Below the pieces are notes generated by a model. The model ran no database searches, had not been told where the DNA came from, and saw only the letters and a list, made by a program, of their open reading frames with translations. The position numbers and the translations under genes were made by a program. A DNA stretch of 64,000 nucleotides, from positions 6,276-70,275 of the IMG/VR virus record IMGVR_UViG_3300010275_000472; one strand, 5' to 3'. This document shows positions 9,491 through 19,568 of this stretch, piece after piece (within the stretch, counting starts at the first letter, position 1; every line of letters starts with the position of its first letter). This DNA comes from a virus. Its lineage: Duplodnaviria; Caudoviricetes.

Positions 9491-11395
9491 CTATTTCCTC
9501 GGCTGTGCCGCGCTCACGCGTTCACCGGTCGCCGCCGCCAGCGTAAAAGCCACGCTGCGCAGCACCATCTGCCCTGTGCCGTAGATCCTCAGCTGCAGCG
9601 TATCTGCCCGCCGGGGCACAAAGGGCAGGTTGATGCGCTGGTGATCCTTCACTGCTGCGCAGGTGCCCAAAGTTTCAAAGACCCCGCCATCATAGCTTGC
9701 AGCCACCGTCACCACCGTGTGGGCCAGCGCATCCAGCCGCACCGTCACCCGGCTGATGTACTTGTCGTCCGGTACGCTCAGGCCAATGTCGCCGCTCACT
9801 ACTTCAAACTGCAGTGCTGTTTCCTGTCCGGCATTCTCTGTGCTGCTTTCCCGGTCAGGATCTGCGGCCCACAGCACGCTGCCGTCCCACAGGTACAGCT
9901 GCTGCCCAGTTGACACCATCTCGGTACCTGCAGCGCTTTCCTCGTGCCACAGGCCCTTTTCCGTGTCGTATACCAAAAGCCGCCCGGCCTGCGTTCTGCC
10001 TGCCTTCTGGTGCAGGTACAGGTAATACCGCATGTCCAGGCTTCCCGCCATGGCCCAGTCCACCGCAGTCAGCCCGCTGGTGTCCAGCGAGGAAGAGACC
10101 TTTGTCGGCAGGCTTCCATCCCATGCCATCACCCCATCTGGCGAAAGATAGTACAGCGTCTCTGCGATCACGCACAGGCTGTTCGCTGCGTTTGCCGCCA
10201 CGCCCCGGCAGCGCACGCTGCTCATCTGGTAGTCGCTGGGCTTTGTGCCGTACAGCTTGTGGATGCAGTTTTCCTTGAAGAACAGCAGGTATCCCAGACA
10301 GCTTGCTGCGCCGGTAAATGCGCCGTCGCTGCCCACGCTCACGGCATAGCTGTCCGCTGCAATGCCCTGATAGCTGTACCAGTTGGTCGGGTCGCCCAGA
10401 GCGCAGGCGTAAATGGTGTTTTCCCTTCTGCTGCATCCCCACACCCGGTTTCCCTGCTCTGTCACAAAGTCCAGTTCCGGCACCCGTCGCTCCACCTTCA
10501 CCGGTGCGGCCGCTGCATCGTTCTCGGTCACGGTGCCGTCAGCGCTCTTCCATGTCACACCGGTCTCCGTCACGGTCCAGCTGCCGTAATACCGGTCGCT
10601 GTCCTCGGCCCGTGTCAGCACTGCCACCATCTCATCGCCGTCCATGGTCTGGACCATCACCTCACCGTTCAGTCCTTTTGCCACTGCATTGCACACCGCA
10701 TCCGGCATCCCGCTTATGGTCACGGTGTCTCCCTCCCGGATCACCCCGCCGATCCCCGGGCACCGGATCTTCACCGCGCTCAGCAGCACTTCCACCCACT
10801 TTTTGTTCTTTGCACTGTAGCGCAGCAGCACTGCATTGCTGTCATAGGCTTCGTCGCTGTCACTTTTCAAAAACAGCTGTCCGTCCTCCGGCTCCTCCGG
10901 TTCGGTCTTACCTGCACCCGCCGGGGTGTATGTCCGCCCCTCGGCATCGCAGGGGGTCACGGTCACGCTTTTCCCGCCCATCTCCCACTGTGCGCCAAGG
11001 CTCGTCAGTTCGCCGGTGCCCGTGTCAAAAGCCACCTTGTCCGGCCAGATCAGCACCTTCGTGCCCATGCCCGCCATGGCCTTGCGGTCATCGGTCAGCA
11101 CGTTCTCCAGCACCACCGCACCGGTGCGCGCTTCTCCTTCGTCCGGTGTGTATTCCAGCGTCTTTCCACGGCAGATCAGCAGCCCGTTCAGGTGGTACAT
11201 GCCGTTCACACCCTGTACCGTCCGCACATTCCTGCGCATTTTCCGTGTCTGCAGTGCCGGGTATCCCCGGCTGGAAAAATTCATTTCCCTGCTGAACTCT
11301 GCCTCGCTGCAGCCGTATCCTTCGTTCAGTCCGCCAAAGGCCCGCAGCATCTGGCGGCTCGTCTGCAGCACGTTCAGGTTGGTTCCGTCCATCAT
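9491..11395 (-). CDS. Podovirus tail tubular/nozzle (stabilization-type) protein
   Basis: 634 aa, beta-propeller-like repeats, located after the adaptor; no tape measure or tail tube in this module. Confidence 0.7.
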   Translation of the reverse strand: MMDGTNLNVLQTSRQMLRAFGGLNEGYGCSEAEFSREMNFSSRGYPALQTRKMRRNVRTVQGVNGMYHLNGLLICRGKTLEYTPDEGEARTGAVVLENVLTDDRKAMAGMGTKVLIWPDKVAFDTGTGELTSLGAQWEMGGKSVTVTPCDAEGRTYTPAGAGKTEPEEPEDGQLFLKSDSDEAYDSNAVLLRYSAKNKKWVEVLLSAVKIRCPGIGGVIREGDTVTISGMPDAVCNAVAKGLNGEVMVQTMDGDEMVAVLTRAEDSDRYYGSWTVTETGVTWKSADGTVTENDAAAAPVKVERRVPELDFVTEQGNRVWGCSRRENTIYACALGDPTNWYSYQGIAADSYAVSVGSDGAFTGAASCLGYLLFFKENCIHKLYGTKPSDYQMSSVRCRGVAANAANSLCVIAETLYYLSPDGVMAWDGSLPTKVSSSLDTSGLTAVDWAMAGSLDMRYYLYLHQKAGRTQAGRLLVYDTEKGLWHEESAAGTEMVSTGQQLYLWDGSVLWAADPDRESSTENAGQETALQFEVVSGDIGLSVPDDKYISRVTVRLDALAHTVVTVAASYDGGVFETLGTCAAVKDHQRINLPFVPRRADTLQLRIYGTGQMVLRSVAFTLAAATGERVSAAQPRK

Positions 11396-11398
11396 CCC

Positions 11399-11782
11399 TT
11401 AGTACCTCCACTGCGCACCAGCGGCCGGTGCGTACCGCTGCCGCATCCATACGGCAAATTCCTGCAGGGAATCGCTGTACACCTGCAGCTCATTCATGGC
11501 CCGTGCTGTCTCGCCCAGCGCCAGATCCATCTGCGCACACAGCCAGTGCACATACAAAGGGCAAAAGGCTTCCGGTGCCAGCAGCACCGTTTCGTATTCC
11601 AGTCCTTCGTTCCAGTTCACGTCCGCACCCACAGCATCAAAGTCCGCCGTCTGGCTGCGCTGCACAATGCTCGTGCGCATCCGGGCATCACACTGGCGCA
11701 GCCAGCTCTGTTTCAGACTATCCGTAAACTGGTTGTTCGGCCGCAGTTCATCGGCCTGTTCTATCGCGTTACCTGCTGTCAT
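11399..11782 (-). CDS. Head-tail adaptor-like protein
   Basis: 127 aa helical protein downstream of capsid; AAAGGAG RBS. Confidence 0.6.
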   Translation of the reverse strand: MTAGNAIEQADELRPNNQFTDSLKQSWLRQCDARMRTSIVQRSQTADFDAVGADVNWNEGLEYETVLLAPEAFCPLYVHWLCAQMDLALGETARAMNELQVYSDSLQEFAVWMRQRYAPAAGAQWRY

Positions 11783-11875
11783 CTTATCACGGCTCCTTTC
11801 CCGTCAGCTCCTGTTGCACAGGTCACGGCTCCCAGCGTTCTTCCTGCCGTAGCCAGCAGTTTCCGCTGCTGCAAA

Positions 11876-11915
11876 AACACCCGGCACAGCCATGTGCCGC
11901 TGTACCGGGTGTCTG
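11876..11915 (-). terminator. Intrinsic terminator after capsid genes
   Basis: Hairpin GACACCCGGTACAGC...GCTGTGCCGGGTGTT followed by T-run on - strand. Confidence 0.7.
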
Positions 11916-11965
11916 TTTTCTTTTGCGAAATGCTCTTTTCTTCGCAAGAGCCGTGCCCTGCGTTC

Positions 11966-12241
11966 TTACACGCGCTGCGCCTGCTGCACAGCAGCGCTTT
12001 CCGCCGCCACGATCTTTGCCATTGCCTCGCCGTCCATCTCTTCGCTGTGGCGCAGCACCTCAGCAACCGCCTTCGGCACCTCCACGTCCACACCGCGCTG
12101 GATCAGGTAGGTCTCACCGTTCACGCCCACGAACACCGGCGTTTTGTAGCGCTGGTTGTCCTTGAACAGCCGGATCACCTCCGTGTCCTTTTCCGGTGCC
12201 GCCTGCACAGCGGCTTCGGTCTCCTGCTTCTTTACTGCCAT
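11966..12241 (-). CDS. Small capsid-associated hypothetical protein (91 aa)
   Basis: Directly after major capsid gene, GGAGG RBS. Confidence 0.75.
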   Translation of the reverse strand: MAVKKQETEAAVQAAPEKDTEVIRLFKDNQRYKTPVFVGVNGETYLIQRGVDVEVPKAVAEVLRHSEEMDGEAMAKIVAAESAAVQQAQRV

Positions 12242-12253
12242 GTTGATTCCTCC

Positions 12254-13276
12254 TTAGTTTGCCAGCGCCTTTGCGCTGTAGCGTGCCGAGCAGCTCTCAA
12301 TGCGCACCATGTACTGCTCACTCAGCCGTTCCGCCGTCTTGGTGGCCTTCCAGCCCACAGAAGCACGCTGGTTCAGCGGGTCATCGCCGTAGCCCAGCTG
12401 CTTCACAATGTGCTGCATGCCGCCGCCTTCCAGTTCGGTGGTCGCGTAGGCGTGGGCACCCAGCACCAGCGTGCTGTACACGGCCAGCCCCGACGGGCAG
12501 CCGGTACCCTTCCACACCTTTGCCTCGCTGGAAACCACGAACCGCACGTTGTTGATCTTGCCGATCTCGCCGTTGAAGATCTCCTCCGGTGCCGCATACT
12601 TGTGCGCCTCGATCCAGTTCGGGTCCTTGCGGATGTCGTAGCTGGTGTGCGGGTGCACAATGGCCACAAAGCTGTCTCCAATGGGGTCTGCGTTCTGGGT
12701 CTGCAGCAGCGCCACTGCCTGGTCGATCAGATCCACCGTTAACTGTGCAGTGGCATCCAGATCCGCACGGCTGGTCACGGCAGTCTCCGCGCCGCCCGTA
12801 CCGATCTTCGGTGCATAGATCACGTTGGTGCCGCCGTTCAGGATATCGCGCACAATGGTGTCCATGGTGCGGCCGCCCTGGCTTGCCAGCACATTGGTGG
12901 CCTGCACGATGTTGTTGTCAATGGCCGTCAGATCCAGCATGTCGGTCAGGGGCACCCAGCCGCCGTACTGGTGCACCTCAGCGGTCACGGTGGTCACGTT
13001 CAGTGCCTGGCCTGCCGGGGTCACGCCCTCGGTCAGCGGCGTGGTCGCCTTGGGCAGCGCGTCATACTTGCGGAACTCAATGGTCTTGCCGTTGTTCGCC
13101 GGGATCGGGTAGCTGTCGCCGAACTGGTCATGCACCAGTGCAGGCTCTGCCAGATCCAGCAGGGTCTTTTCGTAGTAGGTCTTCATCTCAGCCGTCATAT
13201 CGGCTGCGCCCGTGGTGTTCTGCAGCTGTGCGCTTGCGTCCGCAAACATCTGCAGATCCAGTCTCTTCTTGCTCAT
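12254..13276 (-). CDS. Major capsid protein, N4-gp56 family, with N-terminal Prp-type cleavage motif
   Basis: MSKKRLDLQMFAD start; GKTIEFRKY, LTEGVTP, HQYG motifs; GGAGG RBS before 13276. Confidence 0.88.
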   Translation of the reverse strand: MSKKRLDLQMFADASAQLQNTTGAADMTAEMKTYYEKTLLDLAEPALVHDQFGDSYPIPANNGKTIEFRKYDALPKATTPLTEGVTPAGQALNVTTVTAEVHQYGGWVPLTDMLDLTAIDNNIVQATNVLASQGGRTMDTIVRDILNGGTNVIYAPKIGTGGAETAVTSRADLDATAQLTVDLIDQAVALLQTQNADPIGDSFVAIVHPHTSYDIRKDPNWIEAHKYAAPEEIFNGEIGKINNVRFVVSSEAKVWKGTGCPSGLAVYSTLVLGAHAYATTELEGGGMQHIVKQLGYGDDPLNQRASVGWKATKTAERLSEQYMVRIESCSARYSAKALAN

Positions 13277-13334
13277 TTGTTTGTCCTCCTTCAAAAGGTT
13301 TTATCTTTCTCGCATTCTTCGCGCGGGAAATCTC

Positions 13335-14699
13335 TCACAGCACAATGCGTTCTCCGCGCTGTGCCCTGCGTGCCAGTTCTTTCCGCTGCTGCCGCGTCAT
13401 GTGGGCCACATCCACCTTCATCTCGGCCGCGCCGCCGGGGTGTGTCCCGTTCTCAGCCGGGCGTTGGCTGCGCTGCTGGATGCGTGTTGCCACGCCCTGC
13501 TCCACCTGTTTTGCTGTGCGGGCCGTCTGGTTTTCCATCAGGCGGTCAAAGTAGGCTGCACGGTACGCCGCTTCCAGCCCCACGCCGCGCCGGATCATAT
13601 CCGCCACAGCAGGGTTGTTCAGCACTTCGCCCAGTTCAAAGTCCGGGTAGCTGTTTTTCAGCTTTGCCGCTTCCGCTTCCCACCGGGCACGCACTGCCGC
13701 TGCACGCTGCTGGTGCTCTGCGGCCAGCCGCAGCTGTTCAGCCTGCTGCTTTTCAGTGTTGGCGCGCTGCAGCTGGCTTTCCATGCGGTCCATCTCCCGC
13801 GCAGTTTTCACGCTGATGCCCCGCTGCGCCGCCAGCGTTTCATAATATTCATCGTTCTTCACCCGGCCGTTTTTCACGGCATCGATCAGCCCGTCCATGT
13901 CGCTCATGTCAATGCCGTAGGCCTCGGCCAGCACCTTGCCCAGCTCGTTCAGCTGCGGGTTCTCCCGGATGCTCTGCACCGCCATCCGCGCAGCATGCTG
14001 CATGGCCTCTTCAAACTCTTCCGGGTACTGCTGCATCGCCTTTGCAAAGGCATTCCGGCGCTGTTCCGGTGTCAGCTGCACTTTTTCTTCGGTTTCGCCG
14101 CCCTGCTCCTGCTCGTTGCCCTTGTCCGGTTCAGCTTCCTCCTGCGCCAGCCGTTCGGCATCGGCTTTCTCTCCCTCATTGAGGGAGCTGCCGCCCGCAG
14201 ACGGCTGAAGGCGTTTTTCTGTTGCCGCTTTTGCTGCTTTGCCCGGCCTGCTGCGCTTCGCAAGCCGCTCCTGTGCGGGCCGCAGGGCAGGCGGTACCGC
14301 CGGGCTGCTTTCGCCCTCTGCAGCTGCCGCACCCTCTCCGGCCCCGTCACCGGCACCGCCGTCCGCAAACAGCTGCAGGTCCATGTTGTCCGCATCGTTT
14401 GAGTGCAGGTTCACAAACCGCACATTCGCCGGATACTGCTGCGCCAGCAGCATCAGTCCGTCTGTCACCAGCTCAAACTTTGCCAGAGTGTCAAAGCTCT
14501 GGCTCGCCTGTACACGCAGGATGTTGTCCCCGCCCGGGTCGCAGGTCGCAGTGCCGCTGTCCACGCTGTAAGCCAGGCTCTGCATCAGTGTACTTACCGC
14601 CGCGCATACAATGTCCTGTCCTTTCGGCGCATAGCCCGCGTGTCCCGATGCCTGCAGGCTCATGTCCTTTCCTTTTTTGTCGTAAACAATGGTGATCAT
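13335..14699 (-). CDS. Prp-family cysteine protease fused to capsid scaffolding protein
   Basis: aa1-97 carry GHAGY and DIVCAAVS (His20/Cys32), then MDLQLFAD, then a coiled-coil scaffold, all in one reading frame. Confidence 0.85.
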   Translation of the reverse strand: MITIVYDKKGKDMSLQASGHAGYAPKGQDIVCAAVSTLMQSLAYSVDSGTATCDPGGDNILRVQASQSFDTLAKFELVTDGLMLLAQQYPANVRFVNLHSNDADNMDLQLFADGGAGDGAGEGAAAAEGESSPAVPPALRPAQERLAKRSRPGKAAKAATEKRLQPSAGGSSLNEGEKADAERLAQEEAEPDKGNEQEQGGETEEKVQLTPEQRRNAFAKAMQQYPEEFEEAMQHAARMAVQSIRENPQLNELGKVLAEAYGIDMSDMDGLIDAVKNGRVKNDEYYETLAAQRGISVKTAREMDRMESQLQRANTEKQQAEQLRLAAEHQQRAAAVRARWEAEAAKLKNSYPDFELGEVLNNPAVADMIRRGVGLEAAYRAAYFDRLMENQTARTAKQVEQGVATRIQQRSQRPAENGTHPGGAAEMKVDVAHMTRQQRKELARRAQRGERIVL

Positions 14700-14712
14700 T
14701 CTGTTTTTCTCC

Positions 14713-16665
14713 TTACTCCTTGTTCGGGTTGTTCACGTCCATGGCCCGCTTTGCGGCCTTGGTCGCCATGCTGTTGCTCCCGCTTTCGCCCACCACATCT
14801 CCCAGACTGTTGGTGGTGCTCTTCGCGTCCGCGGTCCCGCCGCCCCCTGTTCCGGCAGCACCGGCAGCCTGTCCGGCCGCGCTGGCTGCTGCGCTCACGT
14901 TGGTGCCGTTCTGCTGGTCAATGATGGCGGCCATCTTCTGCATCTGCTGTGCCATCTGCTGCAGCTGCTGGTACAGCGTGCCGTTCTGGCTCACCCTCTC
15001 CCGCACCTTCTCAATGCCTTCAAAGTCCATCATGTCCAATGCAGCAATGGCAGCATCGGCGTTGGCCGGTGCAAAAAATCCCAGCTGGTAGCACTCCTTT
15101 GCCGTCTCGTTCTGGGAAAGGCGGCTGAAGGTGCTTTTCTTTGCCGCGCTTACCGTAATGTCGAACACCGGCTCGTGGTCGCCCAGCTGCACGCCGCCCA
15201 CATTGCCGCCGGGCACGGCCTGCAGCATCGCATTGCTGAACGGCACATACTCCACGCCGCCGCTCTCGCCGGTAATGCGGTATACCCGCTCTTCGTCGTA
15301 GAACTGCCGCATCAGCTCGATCACAAGGTAGCATTCCTTTGCAAACGCCCGGTACGCGCTTTTCAGCATATCGCGGCTAAGCTTGCTGCCCGCCTCCTGC
15401 AAAGCCGCAATGGCGCTGGCCGCTGTCAGGCCGCTGGTGGTGCCGCCCTGGCTCACATCCCGGTTGCCGCTGATCTCCTTCAGCTCGCTCACCCGTGCAT
15501 CCCGGTAGCTGATGCAGTTGCCGCTCAGCACGTTGGTCTGCAAAGGCCGGAAGCTGTCGTCCGTCAGCCTGCCCACCACGTGCACGATGTCCTTGCCAAA
15601 GTCGGCCAGCTCTTCTTCGTTCACACCCGCTGTGTCGCTCAGTACATAACGGGCCTTTGCTGCCATCTTCACGTTTTCGTCCATGGCGTGGTTCATCTCG
15701 TCAATGGCGGTCTGGGTGTCCTTCATCACATCAATGTATCCAAAGCCCGCCGGGCTGTCCTCTTCCCGGAACAGTGGGTCAAACACAAAGGGATATTTTC
15801 CGTGGTCGTAAAAGCCCCGCTGGGCATACTGCGGGTCGTTCTCGCTGGCATACAGCACCACGCCGTTGCAGTATTTGCAGTAGTGCAGCACCGTCTGCCC
15901 GCCCTCAAGGGCCTTTTTGTAATACCAGTCCACCACCACGCTTTTGTCGCTGGTGTCAATGCTGTCGTCGTGGATGTACTTCGCCGTGTCCAGGCTGCTG
16001 CCTGTGTGTCCCGCCATCTGGGGGTAGATGCTTTCCAGCCGGTCGTTGTTCTCAAGACTCAGACTGAACAGGTTCGGCGAGTCCTGCACGTCCTCCACGC
16101 CCGGCTCCCAGTACAGCATCAGCAGGTTCATGCTTTTGATGCTGATGTCGCCGAGACCTCCCCGCAGCGCCGGATCCCAGAACACGCCCTTCACGCCGGT
16201 TCCGGTCTTGAGCTTGCGCCACCATGTGTCGCTGTATACCGTCTCGTAATCGCACTGCTCCAGCACTGTGGGCAGGATCTTTGAGAGCGCCCGTGCGGTC
16301 TCTTCGTCGTCCTGTGCCCGCGGCAGCACGTTGGGCTCCGGGTAGTTGTCCATGGCATCCGCGTGCTTGTTGGCAATGCTGTTGAACAGCCATCCGCTGG
16401 AAGGCTTGGGCTTGCCCTGCATCATCTTGTTTTCGTAGTTCTTCCAGTGCCCCATCCGGAACCACAGCTCGTTATCCACGATCCGTTTGTCAAGCTGCGC
16501 TTTGCCGGCCTTGTATTTCTGCAAAATGTCGTTTGCCTTGCGGATGTCCTCTTCCCCGATCACCTGCTGTGCGGGCAGTTCCGGCTCTGTCGTCAAGCCG
16601 TTTTCCCCCACCAATGGTGCTTCATCGAAGTGCTTGATAAACTGTTCAAATTTTCCTCCGTCCAC
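14713..16665 (-). CDS. Portal protein (P22-like size)
   Basis: 650 aa between terminase and scaffold; Q-rich coiled C-terminal barrel. Confidence 0.85.
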   Translation of the reverse strand: MDGGKFEQFIKHFDEAPLVGENGLTTEPELPAQQVIGEEDIRKANDILQKYKAGKAQLDKRIVDNELWFRMGHWKNYENKMMQGKPKPSSGWLFNSIANKHADAMDNYPEPNVLPRAQDDEETARALSKILPTVLEQCDYETVYSDTWWRKLKTGTGVKGVFWDPALRGGLGDISIKSMNLLMLYWEPGVEDVQDSPNLFSLSLENNDRLESIYPQMAGHTGSSLDTAKYIHDDSIDTSDKSVVVDWYYKKALEGGQTVLHYCKYCNGVVLYASENDPQYAQRGFYDHGKYPFVFDPLFREEDSPAGFGYIDVMKDTQTAIDEMNHAMDENVKMAAKARYVLSDTAGVNEEELADFGKDIVHVVGRLTDDSFRPLQTNVLSGNCISYRDARVSELKEISGNRDVSQGGTTSGLTAASAIAALQEAGSKLSRDMLKSAYRAFAKECYLVIELMRQFYDEERVYRITGESGGVEYVPFSNAMLQAVPGGNVGGVQLGDHEPVFDITVSAAKKSTFSRLSQNETAKECYQLGFFAPANADAAIAALDMMDFEGIEKVRERVSQNGTLYQQLQQMAQQMQKMAAIIDQQNGTNVSAAASAAGQAAGAAGTGGGGTADAKSTTNSLGDVVGESGSNSMATKAAKRAMDVNNPNKE

Positions 16666-16819
16666 GCTCCCGCTCCTTTTTCCTGATACCGTTTATCGCT
16701 AGTGTCTCTTCTCGTGAAAATGCATTCGGAGCGGCCCGCAGGCCGCGACAAATGCGAAAAATAAAAATCAAATTCCGTTGCATATGCCCAGAGCGCACGC
16801 GGTGGGCATTCAAATCGTT

Positions 16820-18280
16820 TCACACCCTCATCACCCGCGTCCGGCTCTTGCGTCTGTCCATGTCCAGCGGGTCATCTTTCATCGGCTGCACCGGTTCGGT
16901 CTTTCTGGGGCTGATGGGGTTTTCCATCAGCACATACCGGCACTCGTCGTAAATGTGGTCTTCCTGCGTGGTGTCAATGTCCTCCACCCGGCTCTCGTCG
17001 TACACAAGGTTCGGAATGGTACGGATAAAATGCCTGCAGGTGTCAAACACCTGCAGCATCGGTCTGCCCTCGCCGTCAAATGCCAGCCGGTAGTGCAGCT
17101 GCATCTTGCCTGCAAGGCGTGTGTGGTCTCCCGGTGTCCAGAAGATGTAGTTCGGGTGCTTTTCCTGCATGGTCGCAATGCTCTCGCCCTGACTCTCGTT
17201 GAAGATAGCCGGGTCTGCCACGCCGGTAATGTGCCGCCCGCGCAGCATCGGGTCGTTTTCCTCCGCTTCCTTGATGCGCCGCGCCTGCTCTACCGGGTCT
17301 ATCTTCAAGCCTTCGTTGGGCACGCCGGTGCAGCCGTACAGCTCCTTGATGCGGTAAAGCCGTCCTTCCTCGTCCGCTGCATACCACCCCACCGAGAAGG
17401 GCCTCGCATAGCCAAAATCGTACCCGCGCCAGATGCGCCAGTGTGCCGGAATGCGGAACGGCTTGATCACGTGCGTCCACCGCTGATCCTCGTAGTGGGC
17501 CGGGTCGTTGCGCCATTCGGTAAATACCTGTCCGTTAAAGCTGTCCCAGTCGCCGTAGAGCAGTGCCTGCTTTTCCGCTTCCGGTAAGCTTGCCAGCGTG
17601 CCCAGATACCCCGGGTCGTTTTCCAGCAGCTTTTTGTTGTCAAACACCGTAGACGGGATAAACACCCTTGTTCGCCGCAGCTTTTCCACACTGCCGTCCG
17701 GTTTTTTCACATCCACCAGCTGCACCATCCTCGTGCCCGGTGGTGCCGGTGTAATGAACCTTGCCTTCACCCATCCGTGGCCAATGCCGCCGGGGTTTGC
17801 CGTGGCCCGCATGTACACTGCCGTGCCCGGCCCGGTGGGGCGGTTGCGGCTCATCAGGTAGCTGTATTCCTCCCAGGTAAAGTGGGTCAGCTCGTCCACG
17901 CCGATAAAATCAAAGGCTTTGCCCTGGTAGTTGTATTTGTCCTGCGTGCGGAACATGCTGCCAAAGTAGATCTTCGCACCGCTTGGAAAGGTCCATACGT
18001 GGCTGGAAGCGTTGTACCGCGCTTTCGGGAATACCGGCTTGTAGTACTGCATCGTCTTGTCGATCAGCTCCGAAAGCTGCGGGTAGGTTTTCCGCACGAT
18101 CAGCCCGCGGTAGTGCGGAATATCCACCTGCCGCAGCGCTTCGATCACCAGTGCATCGCTCTTTCCTCCGCCTGCTGCCCCGCCGTACAGCGCTTCGTCC
18201 TCGTTGCGGCGCATAAAGGCCGCCTGCTTGGGCTGCGGCCGCCAGATAACAGGCCGGTTTTTATACAGTTCCACTGCCAT
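16820..18280 (-). CDS. terL: Terminase large subunit
   Basis: Walker A YGGAAGGGKS, Walker B IGVDELT, ANPGG motif, C-terminal nuclease (GYDFG...EDHIYDECRY). Confidence 0.95.
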   Translation of the reverse strand: MAVELYKNRPVIWRPQPKQAAFMRRNEDEALYGGAAGGGKSDALVIEALRQVDIPHYRGLIVRKTYPQLSELIDKTMQYYKPVFPKARYNASSHVWTFPSGAKIYFGSMFRTQDKYNYQGKAFDFIGVDELTHFTWEEYSYLMSRNRPTGPGTAVYMRATANPGGIGHGWVKARFITPAPPGTRMVQLVDVKKPDGSVEKLRRTRVFIPSTVFDNKKLLENDPGYLGTLASLPEAEKQALLYGDWDSFNGQVFTEWRNDPAHYEDQRWTHVIKPFRIPAHWRIWRGYDFGYARPFSVGWYAADEEGRLYRIKELYGCTGVPNEGLKIDPVEQARRIKEAEENDPMLRGRHITGVADPAIFNESQGESIATMQEKHPNYIFWTPGDHTRLAGKMQLHYRLAFDGEGRPMLQVFDTCRHFIRTIPNLVYDESRVEDIDTTQEDHIYDECRYVLMENPISPRKTEPVQPMKDDPLDMDRRKSRTRVMRV

Positions 18281-18971
18281 CCAGCACCACCTCCTGCTGC
18301 CCACCCTCGTCCTGCCGCTCCATCAGCACCGCCGGGGCCGCGCTCTGGCTGCTGCCTTCGTCCTTCGGCACCAGTGCCGCAGCCTTTTCTGCTGCTGTCA
18401 GCAGCACCGCTGTCACATTGGCCGCGTCTTTGTCGCTCATGGCAAGGCTCTCGTATCGTTCCAGCTGCTTTTCCAGCTCGGTGCGTTCTTCGTCCGTCAA
18501 CTGCCGGTCGTAGGTCCCCGGTGCGCTGCGTATCACAAGGCCTGTCTCGGCAGCGTCCTGCAGGTTCTCTTCCTCGCTCTTCAGCAGCACGCCCAGCTCA
18601 TAGTTTCTGGCCCGTACATCCTCATCCAGACGCTGCTGCAGTTTTGTCCGTATCTCGGCGGCGCGCTGGTTTTCTGCTGCGCGCTGCTGCAGGTAGCTCA
18701 CCTGTGCCTTTGCGCCCAGCGCCGCTCTGGCTGCGATCTCCCGCGCCGCTTCGGCCCGCGCTTTTGCAAATTCTCCGTCCGGCTTCTTTGCTTCCTCTGC
18801 CACCCAGCTGCGGATGGTGCTCTCCGGCACGCCGTATTTTCTCGCCACCGCACAGATGGAGTTTGTGCCGATCATGGCCATCACCACCTCGGCCCGCACC
18901 TTTGCCGGGTACTTTTTGCCCCGGCCCTGCCTGCCCGTCACGGTGTTTTTGCAGTATCTGCGCTCAGCCAT
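18261..18971 (-). CDS. terS: Terminase small subunit (N-terminal HTH)
   Basis: HTH (VARKYGVPESTIRSW), overlaps terL start. Confidence 0.8.
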   Translation of the reverse strand: MAERRYCKNTVTGRQGRGKKYPAKVRAEVVMAMIGTNSICAVARKYGVPESTIRSWVAEEAKKPDGEFAKARAEAAREIAARAALGAKAQVSYLQQRAAENQRAAEIRTKLQQRLDEDVRARNYELGVLLKSEEENLQDAAETGLVIRSAPGTYDRQLTDEERTELEKQLERYESLAMSDKDAANVTAVLLTAAEKAAALVPKDEGSSQSAAPAVLMERQDEGGQQEVVLDGSGTV

Positions 18972-19097
18972 GCCCGGCCCTCCTTCCTGTGCTGTTGCTT
19001 TCAGCCTACCACCAAACAGCCTGCAAAAACACTGCGGACATTTTGCGGTCGTCGTTGTTGCATCACAAAACCACCGGATGCATCCGCACCCAGTGTT

Positions 19098-19409
19098 TCA
19101 GATCAGCCCTGCTTTTGCAGCAAACACCGCTGCCGTGCTCAGCGTTTCCAGCTCCTTGTGGTAGTAGGTCGTCCGCCCAATGTGCAGCTTTTCGATCGTT
19201 TCTGCCTCTGGCCGCTCTTCCAGATACCGCAGCCTGAGCAGATCCGCACAGGTCCCGTCCACCTCGGCATAGTAGTCCAGCACCTGCCGGATCACCCGTC
19301 CCCATGGATCCGGCGCTGCGGCCGCACAGCCTGCCGCGTCCGCTGCTTTCTGCTTGCGCCCGTACTGCCGCAGCGCCTTTCTCACAGCCTTCTTCTGCTG
19401 TCTGGTCAC
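19098..19409 (-). CDS. Late transcriptional regulator (RinA/ArpU-like)
   Basis: C-terminal sigma-region-4-like HTH (LRYLEERPEAETIEKLHIGRTTYY), directly upstream of terS. Confidence 0.7.
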   Translation of the reverse strand: MTRQQKKAVRKALRQYGRKQKAADAAGCAAAAPDPWGRVIRQVLDYYAEVDGTCADLLRLRYLEERPEAETIEKLHIGRTTYYHKELETLSTAAVFAAKAGLI

Positions 19410-19568
19410 TCGTCCACCGCCTTTCACGGCTTTATCTGCTTTCCAGAAATTTCCTTCATTCGCAGTTTCGTCCCGTTTCCGTCACTGTCCGCGCATTTTT
19501 ACGCTGATTTTGCGTATTTTTCCGCGTTTCGCGCAATGATTACGCGCAAAATAAAATAATTTTATCTG

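Noticed and set aside
18261-18971. IS transposase suggested by the N-terminal HTH
   Set aside because: No DDE domain or terminal repeats; position and overlap fit terS
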